Origin: an uncultured virus (IMG/VR IMGVR_UViG_3300031733_000001)
Taxonomy: Duplodnaviria > Heunggongvirae > Uroviricota > Caudoviricetes
IMG/VR virus record: IMGVR_UViG_3300031733_000001
Reading direction: 5' to 3' (one strand)
Length of the DNA: 64,000 nt
The notes below the pieces were generated by a model that was not told where the DNA came from, did not search any database, and worked only from the letters and a program-made list of their open reading frames with translations. The stretch's first letter is position 1; every line of letters starts with the position of its first letter. This document shows, in pieces, positions 9,701-18,243 of this stretch. The translations under genes were made by a program, and so were the position numbers.

Positions 9701-12700
9701 ACAAGTTCACCTCCTACCTGAAGGCCTTGGGGGTGAACGCGAAGAAGGACGGCAACAACCTCCAGCTCGTACCCTTCACCGACAAGCAGGTGGAGGAGAT
9801 GAGCAACGGTGCCATCAAGGACGGCGGCAAGATGGTGCGTGCCAAAGACCTGAAGGCAGAGAATGGTGGCTTGTTCGACCCCAAGGTGACGGGCGGCGTC
9901 GAGGGGACGAAGTGGAGCCACATGAAGCTCCCCGAGCCGTTCCCCAACCCACTGTTCGAGAAGTCTATCCAGTCTCTGACCGGCATCACCGGCAAGCAGT
10001 TCGGCGACATCATCGCTGGGAAGAGTGCGTACGATCCCAAGACTGGTGGCTTCACGACCAACACGGAGAAGGGTCTCACTGGTGGTAAGGCGTTCGACGC
10101 CATGCTTGGGAAGATCGACGTGGACAAGGAGCTGGCCAGCGCGAAGAAGGCTCTGGCCTCTCCTGGCCTGAAGGGCAACCGCCTGGACCGGGCCAACAAG
10201 AAGGTGAAGTACCTGTCCGCGCTGAAGAACGCGGGGCTGACGGCCAAGGACGCCTACATGATGAAGAACGTCCCGGTGCTACCGCCCTCGATGCGTCCGG
10301 TGTCCCAGCTCCCGAACGGAGATCTGAACTTCGACGACCTCAATGGCATGTACAAGGGCATCGCCCTGTCGGCCGGGAGGTTGAATAACATGTCACCCCT
10401 GCTGCCGGACGAGGAGAAGAACGAGGTCCGGTCGGAGATCTACGACGGACTGAGGTCTCTCACTGGCCTGGGTGGTCATGCCAACCGGGAGTTCCGCGGG
10501 ATCCTGGACATCCTGGGTGGGAAGCGTCCGGAGAAGGTGCAGGGCCGCGGCACCGGAAAGAAAGTTGGTCAGCCCAAGACAGGGTTCTTCCAGAGCAAGT
10601 TGGTCCAGCGGAAGCAGGACCTCTCGATGAGGTCCACCATCATCCCGGAGCCGGCGTTGGGCCTGGATGAGGTGGGCCTGCCCCGCAAGGCTGCGCTCGA
10701 GCTCTACAAGCCGTTCGTCGTTCGCGAATTGCGGAACCTCACAGGTGTCTCCCCGCTGGAGGCTCAGAAGCAGATCAGCGAGGGCGGACAGATGGTGAAC
10801 AAGGCGCTCGAGCGGGTGGTGGAGCAACGCCCTGTTCTCCTGAAGCGCGATCCCGTGCTACACAAGTATGGGATCCAGTCCTTCAAGCCGCGTATCGTGA
10901 GTGGCAAGGCCGTACAGATCCACCCGTTGGTGACCTCCGGCTTCAACGCTGATTTCGACGGCGACACCATGGCTGCCTTCGTCCCGGTAGGCAACGAGGC
11001 CGTGGAGGAGGCGAAGAAGATGGCCCCCTCTCGCAACCTCTTCAATCCGGCTACCGGGAGCCTGATGTATGCTCCCACGCTGGAGACGCAGCTCGGTCTC
11101 TATGGTCTGACTCGTCCGGGCGCCAAGACCAGCAAGAGCTTCAAGACCATGCAGGAGGTGGAGTCGGCTGTCCGGAAGGGGCAGGTGAACTTGAACGATC
11201 AGATCAAGGTCGGTGGTTTGTCCAATACCACTGGCAAGTTCATGATCGCCGGAGCCCTGCCATCGGAGATGCGGAAGAACTTCCTCCAGAGGTCGGGTCC
11301 GCTGGACAAGAAAGGACAACAGCAACTCTTGACCGACTTGGCCAAGAATCACCGCAACGATTACGGCGAGGTGGTCAACAAGCTGAAGGACTTGGGGAAC
11401 AAGTGGTCCACCGAAACAGCGTTCAGTCTTGGCCTGGATGACATCAAGCCGGACAAGGCTCTCCGACAGCAGGTGTTGGCCAAGGCCGATCGGCAGGTGG
11501 CGGCGCTCCAGGGGACCAGGGAGCAGAGGGACGCCAAAGCTGTTCAGATCTACGCCAAGGCGACGGACGAGCTGCATGCCAAGATGAATGCGACGGACGA
11601 GCGGAAGAGCAATCTGCTGGTCATGAACAACGCTGGCATCAAGCCGGGCACCGATCAGCTTAGGCAGATTCGCTTGGCTCCGATGCTCATCTCCAATGCC
11701 AAGGGGGAGACGATCCCTACCCCGGTCAAGAAGTCCTACTCCGAGGGGCTTGACCTGGCGGACTACTGGACGTCCATGAGCGGTGCTCGCAAGGGCATCA
11801 TCCAGAAGGTCCAGCAGGTCCAGGAGCCTGGGTACATCTCCAAGATGGTGATGAATTCGGTGATGGACAACTCCATCATCGATGACGACTGTGGTACGGA
11901 CAAGGGCATCGCTCTGTCGATCGATGAGAAGGACGTGCTAGATCGCTATCTGGCAGCGGACACCAAGGTTGGGAGGAAGATCTTCAAGGCGGGCACGCTG
12001 GTGACTCCCGAGGTTCGGACTTCCCTGCGCAACAACAAGGTGGGTCGGGTACTGGTGCGTTCGCCGCTCCGCTGCCAGCACGGGCCTGGTCTGTGCAAGA
12101 AGTGCTTCGGCCTGACGGAGGACGGCAAGCCCCCGGAGAAGGGGCTGAACGTCGGTGTGCTGGCCGGCCAGGCCCTGGGCGAGAGGTCTGCTCAGCTGGC
12201 GATGAAGGCGTTCCACACGGGCGGCACGGCGGCCAGCAAGGAGGAGATCGTCGACGAGTTCGGCAGGCTGAAGAATCTCCTCCTGTTCCCGAAGACGTTG
12301 CGTGGTGCTGCTACCCTCAGTACAGTGAGCGGAAAGGTGGACAAGGTCCAGAAGGATCCAGCCGGTGGACACAACGTCTTCATCGGGGGCAAGCGGCACT
12401 ATGTCCCACAGAATCGTGGGGTCCCAACGATAGCTGGGCGCCAGCTCCGCAGGGGTATGGAGGTGAAGAAGGGGGCGGCCATCTCTGGCGGTCCCGTGAA
12501 CCCACACGAGATGCTGCCCCTGACGGGGGTGGAGCCGGTGCAGGGGTACATCACCGGAGAGTTGCACAAGATCTACTCCCCGCACGGTATCCGTCGACGG
12601 AACTCCGAGGTGGTGGTCAAGGCCTTGACGAACCTCACCAAGGTGGAAGATCCTGGTGATCACAAGGATTTCATCCGGGGAGACTTCGCACCGACCTCTC

Positions 12701-12954
12701 ATGTTGCTAATCTGAACCGGAAGGGCAATGGGAAGAGGCCGATCGTGCATCGGCCGGTTCTGAAGGGAGTCAACATGCTGCCGCTGGACATGCAGGAGGA
12801 CTGGATCGCCCGCATGAACCACCAGCGGATCGGGCAGACGGTGATCGACGCTGCCCAGCAGGGATTTACTACCAAGCTGCACGGCAAACACCCAATCCCA
12901 CCCGTGGTGTACGGGGCGGAGATAGGTCGGGGCGCCAAGCCCGGGGAGTACTGA
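6790..12954 (+). CDS. rpoBC: DNA-directed RNA polymerase, fused beta + beta' subunits
   Basis: Beta motifs GYNFEDG, GDKLAGRHGNKG, NPTGVPGRVNLGQ and LREMQTLKSD, followed in frame by beta' motifs GLFDP, VPVLPP..RP, KRDPVLH, catalytic NADFDGD (10945-10965), bridge helix SGARKG and trigger loop QLAMKAFHTGG. Confidence 0.95.
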   Translation: MARLSPEEGFEILKDRVGKTVEGLFPIVGKKQTLELKDVQIKDDLSIDDIRSQKKAKTHSRTWAVPVEARVRLRDNTTGKVVDEQKVRLLNLPKTTRRYTQIVDGQEYQIDNQWRLKSGVYARVKDNGELESSFNLAKGRGFSVDFDPKSRQFTMGYGTSNIPLQPILREMGMPQEEIEKRWGKPIAGANEKSHEQAVMKFYKASTGKKAESLDQAREHLHATFAETELRPDTTKITLGKGYKKVSGPALMDAATKLLQVSQGKAEPDARDALMFKELHATEDFFSERIQKGSSDIMRRIQNTLDKKKNVRDIVGPDIFNRPIRTMYTKNSLANVPEQTNPLEMISGQMKTTITGEGGIKSAHGITEDAKLVDPSHLGYLDPIHTPEGQTTGVTLRLPIGVRKQGHDVTIKMYNVKTGRLEDVNPEKAMNANVILPDQVRWEKGKPVPVGKKVRMSTVGNEITEGAMKDAQYVMKDPIQMFSMASNMVPFLAADHPNRSTMAGRHMEQAISLKDRQAPLVQSLAGTKTFDQVMGSYAGHTAPVDGEVVQVKKDSIVVKGADGKKYERQIYDHFPLNADKGFLHSEPTVKKGDRVKKGQSIADTNFTKGGTLALGTNLRVGYMPYKGYNFEDGVVISESAAQRMASEHMHRKTLSLDKDHIQSKAKFQAYVPEAMTKNQASKLDDDGVVKPGQQIMPGDTLIAALKKRTERAEDRELAKIHKSLVKPFQDSSVKWEADHPGVVTEVVKRGRQTAVHVKTLEPMEIGDKLAGRHGNKGIVTKIIPDDEMPKTKDGKKLEVLMNPTGVPGRVNLGQTLETAAGKIAEKTGKPYIVKNFQPNEDLHAKVSADLKKHGIKDKEEVFDPVSGRKLGDVLVGPQHIIKLKHQVEKKMVARAGGPGYAYDRNMVPKGGGPHGAQALGTLGLYSMLAHGATHNLREMQTLKSDAAQNDEFWSALQAGEALPAPRPTFAYNKFTSYLKALGVNAKKDGNNLQLVPFTDKQVEEMSNGAIKDGGKMVRAKDLKAENGGLFDPKVTGGVEGTKWSHMKLPEPFPNPLFEKSIQSLTGITGKQFGDIIAGKSAYDPKTGGFTTNTEKGLTGGKAFDAMLGKIDVDKELASAKKALASPGLKGNRLDRANKKVKYLSALKNAGLTAKDAYMMKNVPVLPPSMRPVSQLPNGDLNFDDLNGMYKGIALSAGRLNNMSPLLPDEEKNEVRSEIYDGLRSLTGLGGHANREFRGILDILGGKRPEKVQGRGTGKKVGQPKTGFFQSKLVQRKQDLSMRSTIIPEPALGLDEVGLPRKAALELYKPFVVRELRNLTGVSPLEAQKQISEGGQMVNKALERVVEQRPVLLKRDPVLHKYGIQSFKPRIVSGKAVQIHPLVTSGFNADFDGDTMAAFVPVGNEAVEEAKKMAPSRNLFNPATGSLMYAPTLETQLGLYGLTRPGAKTSKSFKTMQEVESAVRKGQVNLNDQIKVGGLSNTTGKFMIAGALPSEMRKNFLQRSGPLDKKGQQQLLTDLAKNHRNDYGEVVNKLKDLGNKWSTETAFSLGLDDIKPDKALRQQVLAKADRQVAALQGTREQRDAKAVQIYAKATDELHAKMNATDERKSNLLVMNNAGIKPGTDQLRQIRLAPMLISNAKGETIPTPVKKSYSEGLDLADYWTSMSGARKGIIQKVQQVQEPGYISKMVMNSVMDNSIIDDDCGTDKGIALSIDEKDVLDRYLAADTKVGRKIFKAGTLVTPEVRTSLRNNKVGRVLVRSPLRCQHGPGLCKKCFGLTEDGKPPEKGLNVGVLAGQALGERSAQLAMKAFHTGGTAASKEEIVDEFGRLKNLLLFPKTLRGAATLSTVSGKVDKVQKDPAGGHNVFIGGKRHYVPQNRGVPTIAGRQLRRGMEVKKGAAISGGPVNPHEMLPLTGVEPVQGYITGELHKIYSPHGIRRRNSEVVVKALTNLTKVEDPGDHKDFIRGDFAPTSHVANLNRKGNGKRPIVHRPVLKGVNMLPLDMQEDWIARMNHQRIGQTVIDAAQQGFTTKLHGKHPIPPVVYGAEIGRGAKPGEY

Positions 12955-12955
12955 C

Positions 12956-13276
12956 ATGAACGAGCAGATAATGCGGGCCTTCGCCGATGAGATGGAGACC
13001 ATCCAGAAGGAAGCTGGCATCGGCAGCTTTCTGGCCAGTGGTTTCAAGGGCCTGGGGACCGTGGGCAAGAGGTCTCTTAGCCAACACGGCGATATCCTCA
13101 AGAAGCTGTGGGCCCGCGGGCAGCGTGGTGGGGGCGGTACATGGGGCAGCATCAAGCAGATCGCCAAGTCCCCCTACGGCCGCATGGGTGCGGCCGCCGG
13201 TCTGACCGGGCTGGCCGGGTACGGTGCCTACAAGGCGACCCTCGGCAGAGATCGACGCAGGCAGCAGCAGTACTAG
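12956..13276 (+). CDS. small basic glycine-rich protein with FADEMETIQKEA leader
   Basis: Acidic leader ending in KEA, then a basic body and the hydrophobic segment GAAAGLTGLAGYGAYKA. Confidence 0.6.
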   Translation: MNEQIMRAFADEMETIQKEAGIGSFLASGFKGLGTVGKRSLSQHGDILKKLWARGQRGGGGTWGSIKQIAKSPYGRMGAAAGLTGLAGYGAYKATLGRDRRRQQQY

Positions 13277-14554
13277 ATGTTCCAGAACTCCCCATCAGAT
13301 GGGCCCGGCAACAAGCCGGCCATCATCGAGACGGGCGTCATCGCCAACGTCAACGTCCGCAATCTCACCGCCGACTGGGTATCGCAGTACAGCGGCAAGC
13401 AGATCCCCGACCTCCAGATCATGACGCCCTACCTGCACTTCAACAACGGGGAGGGCTTCACCTGCATCCCGGAGGTGGGTGCCATCTGCACGATGTGCAT
13501 GCCCTCGGACGGAGATCCACCGTTCATCATGGGATTCCTCTGCGGCCCGGAGATGGAGGGCGCCGACGTCGACAAGTACCTGGAGGATAAGCTCAAGGAC
13601 CCTGGTGTGGAGACGGAGGAAGATCTGCCGGCCAGCAATACCAGCAACGCCGGCGGGTCTACTGCTGTCTCCACCAACCCCACAGACGCCAGCTTCCGGG
13701 GTGGTCGTCCCATCCTCAACCCGGGGGACATGCTCTGGCAGGGGAGGGATGAGAACTTCGTGGTGCTCAAGCGCGGTGGTGTGCTGCAGCTGGGCTCCAC
13801 CCAGATCTGCCAGCGAGCCTACATCCCACTGCTCAACTACATCCGTGACTTCTGCGAGAACTACGAGCTCAACACCGCGGCCGGCACCCTGAGCTGGCAG
13901 GTGCTTAGGGATGAGAACAACCCCTCCGGCGACGCCCCCACGGAGCTGCACCTCATCGCCAGGGAACATGCCCAGGACAAGAAGGCCTCGGTCAAGGTGA
14001 GCGTCGGAAGCCTGGAGGACGCAACCAAGCCTCCCGGTGGGGACACCACCTTCATCGAGGTGACGATCGCCCCGGAGAAGATCGACGCGGACAGTGGGAG
14101 CGTGTCTGGCAAGCCCAAGTATGTGATCCGCCTGGACAAAGAGGGCAACACCTACCGGATGCAGGGCGGCGACTGCACAGAGGAGATCGACGGCGATCAC
14201 ACGCTGACAATCAAGGGCAAACAGACGGTCAAGGTGACGGGGGCGCAGGAAGTCACAGCCCTGAGCCAGAAGACTGTCCTCACGGCAACCCATGAGATCC
14301 AGGGGGCGATAAGCAGGGAGACCTGGACCGGGCCGAAGAGTATCACCGCGGCTCTGCTGAAGTTGGGGAGCGAAGCTGCTTCCGAGCCAGCGGTTCTTGG
14401 ACTAAAATTGGTGGCGTGGCTGGCGTCACACACGCACCTGGTCAAGGCGCTACCTGATCCCGCACCGGGTCCGCCGTCCTTGCCCACTCTGCCGCCTGTG
14501 ACAGCGGCCCAGACGAAGGACCTGGTCAGCAAGACAGTTCTTGTGAATCAGTAG
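13277..14554 (+). CDS. baseplate central spike (gpV/gp5-like)
   Basis: N-terminal OB-like region with IPEVGAIC and PFIMGF; beta-repeat C-terminal half; terminal HxH (SHTH) metal-binding tip motif typical of contractile-tail spikes. Confidence 0.65.
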   Translation: MFQNSPSDGPGNKPAIIETGVIANVNVRNLTADWVSQYSGKQIPDLQIMTPYLHFNNGEGFTCIPEVGAICTMCMPSDGDPPFIMGFLCGPEMEGADVDKYLEDKLKDPGVETEEDLPASNTSNAGGSTAVSTNPTDASFRGGRPILNPGDMLWQGRDENFVVLKRGGVLQLGSTQICQRAYIPLLNYIRDFCENYELNTAAGTLSWQVLRDENNPSGDAPTELHLIAREHAQDKKASVKVSVGSLEDATKPPGGDTTFIEVTIAPEKIDADSGSVSGKPKYVIRLDKEGNTYRMQGGDCTEEIDGDHTLTIKGKQTVKVTGAQEVTALSQKTVLTATHEIQGAISRETWTGPKSITAALLKLGSEAASEPAVLGLKLVAWLASHTHLVKALPDPAPGPPSLPTLPPVTAAQTKDLVSKTVLVNQ

Positions 14555-14563
14555 GAGAGACCC

Positions 14564-16579
14564 ATGGACCTCTTTCTCGATAAGAATCTGACGTTTGAGA
14601 AGCTCGGACTAGAGGCTCGGATGTCGGAGGACCCGAACACCTGGCCCCAGCAGATCTTGGACCAGCTCTACCGGCAGGCGCCCTACACCAGCGACTACAT
14701 GCCGAAGGTGGTGCTGGACGACATCGACCCCGACCGCCGGTACGCCCGGGGCAGGGTTGATCTGATCAACAAGCTGGCTATCAACCCCCGGGACGATGCC
14801 ACCCCGGCGGAGATGAAGGGGTCTGATAAGGTGATCGTCCCGGTGATCATCAAGGACGGGAAGCTGTCCCCGCTCGACCTGCTGATGCACAACGGCCAGG
14901 CGGAGCCCTTGACCGAGACCAGGCTGCGCGCCGCCCTCTTCCGCCCCAACCTCTTCGAGGCGATCCGGAAGACGCCGGGGGACATGAGCATGATCGACCA
15001 GCTCTACCCACCCCACCGGCAGTACGGTGGTGCACGCGGCCCACTCATCGCGGACGCCGGCGCGCAGGGCTCCGGCATGACCAGGACCTCGGCAGCCAAG
15101 CCCGAGTTCCTGATCGACGCCATCATGCCCACGATCAAGAAGGCGCATGTGGCAGAGATGACGGCCCAGCTCAACCGGGACCCGTCTCTCCGCACAGCCA
15201 TCTTCAGCAATCCCGCGACCTTCAACGTGATGGCCAAGCTGGCCCAGGTCGAGGCGGCCAGGGTCCACCCCCAGACCTACCTGGAGAAGATCGCCAGCAG
15301 CATCAAGCCAACGGTCATCCAGGTCCAGAAGATCGACGGGGGTTTCAGGATCAAGACCGCCAACGAGAACGCCCTCATCCCGGACTCCACAGATGTGGAC
15401 CGGCCGGCGGCGGTCGGCGCCCTGGGTGGGGACCTGGTGTCCAAGGTGGAGTCGGATGGCACCACCACGATCACCACCCAGACGGCAGCCAAGGACACCC
15501 TGGAGGACCTGACCATCACGGTGGTCACCGAGTTCGGTCTCTACAAGGTCCGGACCGCAGGCGACAACCGGGAGCTGGTGGGCTGGGTCTTCCCCAGGGT
15601 GATGGATTTCTCAGGTGAGGTCCTGCCGATGGCGGTCTTCTCCAACGGCAGCGAGTCCGCGCAGCAGGAGAACATCGCTGGTGTCCCACTCGCCAGGCAG
15701 ACCGATGTGCTGGACGCGGAGCCGATGGGAGAGGGCTGCTTCTACCATGCCACCCCGCAGGGCGCCGTGGCCTTCATCCCGGTCACCATCAAGTCCCAGG
15801 CGGAGACGCCGCAGGGCAAGTCCTACATCGCCGAGACACATCTCGGCGAGTCTCTCGACATCGTGAAGGTGGAGGGGCTCAAGACTGCCTCGCCGATCGG
15901 CCCGGGCCGGGTGGGCATCCCCATGGAGTGTGGCTGGCTGCCGCTCGAGAACATGGTGGACCTGGCATCCAGTCCGGACGAGTTCACCAAGACGGCAGAG
16001 GCGATGGCCCTGAGCACCAACGCAGTGCGCGTCATCACGGACGGCCAGTGCTTCAGCTTCGAGGGGAAGGAGATCGACAAGCTGGCTGGTGTGATGGAGA
16101 CCCAGTTCCTCCCGCTGGACGACGCGGTGTTCCTGGCCACCATCCTGGGGCAGGAGCCGGAGATGGTGAAGACGGCCCTCGCCAACCTCCGCCGCAAGGG
16201 CAGGTACGAGACCTGGTTCCGAGCGCGGGAGGTGCATCCCTTCAAGGACAAGTACGCGGCGGCCAAGAAAGTGGCTGCCGAGAAGCTGGGTGCGTTGCCC
16301 GACCTCCGGGCGGACCTGCTGAAGGAGGCGGCGCCGCTCGAGGACCCGACGGCAGTGGACAAGATCCTCAGCCTGGGAGTCCTCAACCCGGAGAACATCT
16401 CGATCTTCGCCAGCTACGCGCCGGAGTTCGAGGACGTGATCAAGAAGCTGTCCGAGCTGCTCCTGTTCAGCCGCTTGGGCATGAGTTCGGTGGAACAGGG
16501 GGCGATCCAGAAGTCGCTCGTCCACCTGGACAAGGTGGTGGAGGGGCTGAAAACTCTGGGTACCGTCCCGCAGGCGTAA
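14564..16579 (+). CDS. hypothetical head/core protein
   Basis: 671 aa, AGGAG SD, many K-x-A motifs (MAKLA, LEKIA, FTKTA, IDKLA, LLKEA). Confidence 0.6.
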   Translation: MDLFLDKNLTFEKLGLEARMSEDPNTWPQQILDQLYRQAPYTSDYMPKVVLDDIDPDRRYARGRVDLINKLAINPRDDATPAEMKGSDKVIVPVIIKDGKLSPLDLLMHNGQAEPLTETRLRAALFRPNLFEAIRKTPGDMSMIDQLYPPHRQYGGARGPLIADAGAQGSGMTRTSAAKPEFLIDAIMPTIKKAHVAEMTAQLNRDPSLRTAIFSNPATFNVMAKLAQVEAARVHPQTYLEKIASSIKPTVIQVQKIDGGFRIKTANENALIPDSTDVDRPAAVGALGGDLVSKVESDGTTTITTQTAAKDTLEDLTITVVTEFGLYKVRTAGDNRELVGWVFPRVMDFSGEVLPMAVFSNGSESAQQENIAGVPLARQTDVLDAEPMGEGCFYHATPQGAVAFIPVTIKSQAETPQGKSYIAETHLGESLDIVKVEGLKTASPIGPGRVGIPMECGWLPLENMVDLASSPDEFTKTAEAMALSTNAVRVITDGQCFSFEGKEIDKLAGVMETQFLPLDDAVFLATILGQEPEMVKTALANLRRKGRYETWFRAREVHPFKDKYAAAKKVAAEKLGALPDLRADLLKEAAPLEDPTAVDKILSLGVLNPENISIFASYAPEFEDVIKKLSELLLFSRLGMSSVEQGAIQKSLVHLDKVVEGLKTLGTVPQA

Positions 16580-16582
16580 CGG

Positions 16583-17473
16583 ATGGTCACTCGAAGCCCA
16601 GCCGAGAACTTCATCAAGTTCCTGCTCTCGCAGCAGGAGCATGAGACCAACACCATCCTCCGGATGCTGGAGGATTTCGGGTTGGAGGGGCTGAGCTCCA
16701 ACTACATCGACCGTCTGAAGCTCAAGATGGAGCCGTTCCCAGATCCATGGGACCCGGTGAACGATCCCGAGACGAAGGCGTACCTGAAGCGCCACGGAAT
16801 CCACGATCTGTGGTACCCGAATGCGCATGTGAAGGAGGCCTACTCGATCTTGTCTACTCCTCAGCTGCGTGCTGACGTGGAGCAGCTCTTGCTGTCGCCG
16901 CTGAGGATCGAAGAGGTGGTGAAGCGGCTCAACGACCACCATGGGATCCAGCTCACGGTGGAGGGTGTGGCTGCCTTCGGTCACTACTTCTGGAACAAGG
17001 TGCTCCTACCCATGCACGACTGGGTGGAGCTGATGGAGGACCGCCCCTACATCAACAACCACACCGCCGTGCTCCGGGTCAGCCCGGACGTGGCGCAGAC
17101 CCTCGTCCCCTGGGTCATGGGGTATGCCGGTCCACCGAAGTCGCTCAACACGGGCACGGTGGCCAGGCGCATGAGGGACATCGCGTTCCTGAAGGTTCTG
17201 GAGATCGAGCGCAATCCAGCTACGCTGGCGCACTCGAAGATGATGAAGAACTACATGGACGTGATCAAGGCCGCAGAGTCCGAGATGCGCCAGTCCGATG
17301 TGGCGCTGAAGGATGTGCTGCAGGCGTTCGAGAAGTTCCGCCTGCGCAAAGATGACGTACCGATCCCCTCCATCGAGGAGGTAGCAGGCCCCAACTACAG
17401 CCACTCTGGGGAGGGGACCGACCGCACTGGGGCGTTCGCCGACTACGAAGTGGAGGATATGGAAGATGGCTGA
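16583..17473 (+). CDS. hypothetical protein (terminase small subunit candidate by position only)
   Basis: 296-aa helical-looking ORF upstream of TerL; no diagnostic motif. Confidence 0.45.
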   Translation: MVTRSPAENFIKFLLSQQEHETNTILRMLEDFGLEGLSSNYIDRLKLKMEPFPDPWDPVNDPETKAYLKRHGIHDLWYPNAHVKEAYSILSTPQLRADVEQLLLSPLRIEEVVKRLNDHHGIQLTVEGVAAFGHYFWNKVLLPMHDWVELMEDRPYINNHTAVLRVSPDVAQTLVPWVMGYAGPPKSLNTGTVARRMRDIAFLKVLEIERNPATLAHSKMMKNYMDVIKAAESEMRQSDVALKDVLQAFEKFRLRKDDVPIPSIEEVAGPNYSHSGEGTDRTGAFADYEVEDMEDG

Positions 17474-17987
17474 GACAGAGCAGAAGCCTTTCTGGATGGA
17501 CGAAGAGGAGTGGGAGAAGCGGTACCCCAAGATGCCGCAGGAGAACATCGCCGAGCAGGTGGTGAACGCTGTGCCCGAGCTGCACCCGGTGGAGAAGGGT
17601 GAGGTGGTCGGGGCCTACACCACCAAGGACGGCCTGTTGATCTACCACTTCTACAAGCGGGACCGGAAGAAGATCTACGACGAGGCTCACGCCGAGATGG
17701 ATCGGATCCGTGACGAGGAGCCGCCGGCGGAAGTATCCAGGCTGCAGCAGGCCGTGGCCACCGGAGCCAACGTCGACCTGGACGCCCACCCCTGGTGGCC
17801 GGAGATGTCCCAGGTCTTGGACGAGGTCTTCACCGAGCACTTCAAGCACCGCCCGAAGAAGATCACCTTCTACCCCGAGCCCGACGCTTGGTCGGTCATC
17901 ATGCCCGAGCCGGATGGCCCGGTGTCGATGGGCAAGTCCCAGCTCGAGGCCCCATTCGCAGCGGTCGCCCTCAAGGTTGGGGGCTAA
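17466..17987 (+). CDS. hypothetical protein
   Basis: 173-aa ORF overlapping the upstream stop; followed by the GGCCGGC-gtt-GCCGGCC hairpin. Confidence 0.55.
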   Translation: MAETEQKPFWMDEEEWEKRYPKMPQENIAEQVVNAVPELHPVEKGEVVGAYTTKDGLLIYHFYKRDRKKIYDEAHAEMDRIRDEEPPAEVSRLQQAVATGANVDLDAHPWWPEMSQVLDEVFTEHFKHRPKKITFYPEPDAWSVIMPEPDGPVSMGKSQLEAPFAAVALKVGG

Positions 17988-18243
17988 GAAGGGGCCGGCG
18001 TTGCCGGCCACTTACCAAACTACTCCAAGTTGAGTTGGTGCCAGCGTACCGCACGAACTCCAGGCTATTGCCCACGGACTCGCAGCTCTCAACAAGGGGT
18101 AGTTTGATGTGCCGGTCGGGGCCAAACAGTCGTTGCTCCGGGGGGATTGCTGGCGATAGGACCACCCGATGAAAGGGTACATCGCAGTCCTAACTATTAC
18201 TCTTATACCTGTGCTCCCGAGACTCTTGCGGTAGACTGAGATC

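Noticed and set aside
6790..12954. Bacterial chromosomal rpoBC locus
   Set aside because: There are no ribosomal-protein neighbours, the protein is strongly reduced and divergent, and it is flanked by portal, spike and terminase genes.
18012..18182. Short - strand ORF (MYPFIGWSY...) downstream of GGTATAAG at 18202
   Set aside because: Weak SD, atypical codons and no motif; it may be a non-coding transcript, so it is not supported as a CDS.
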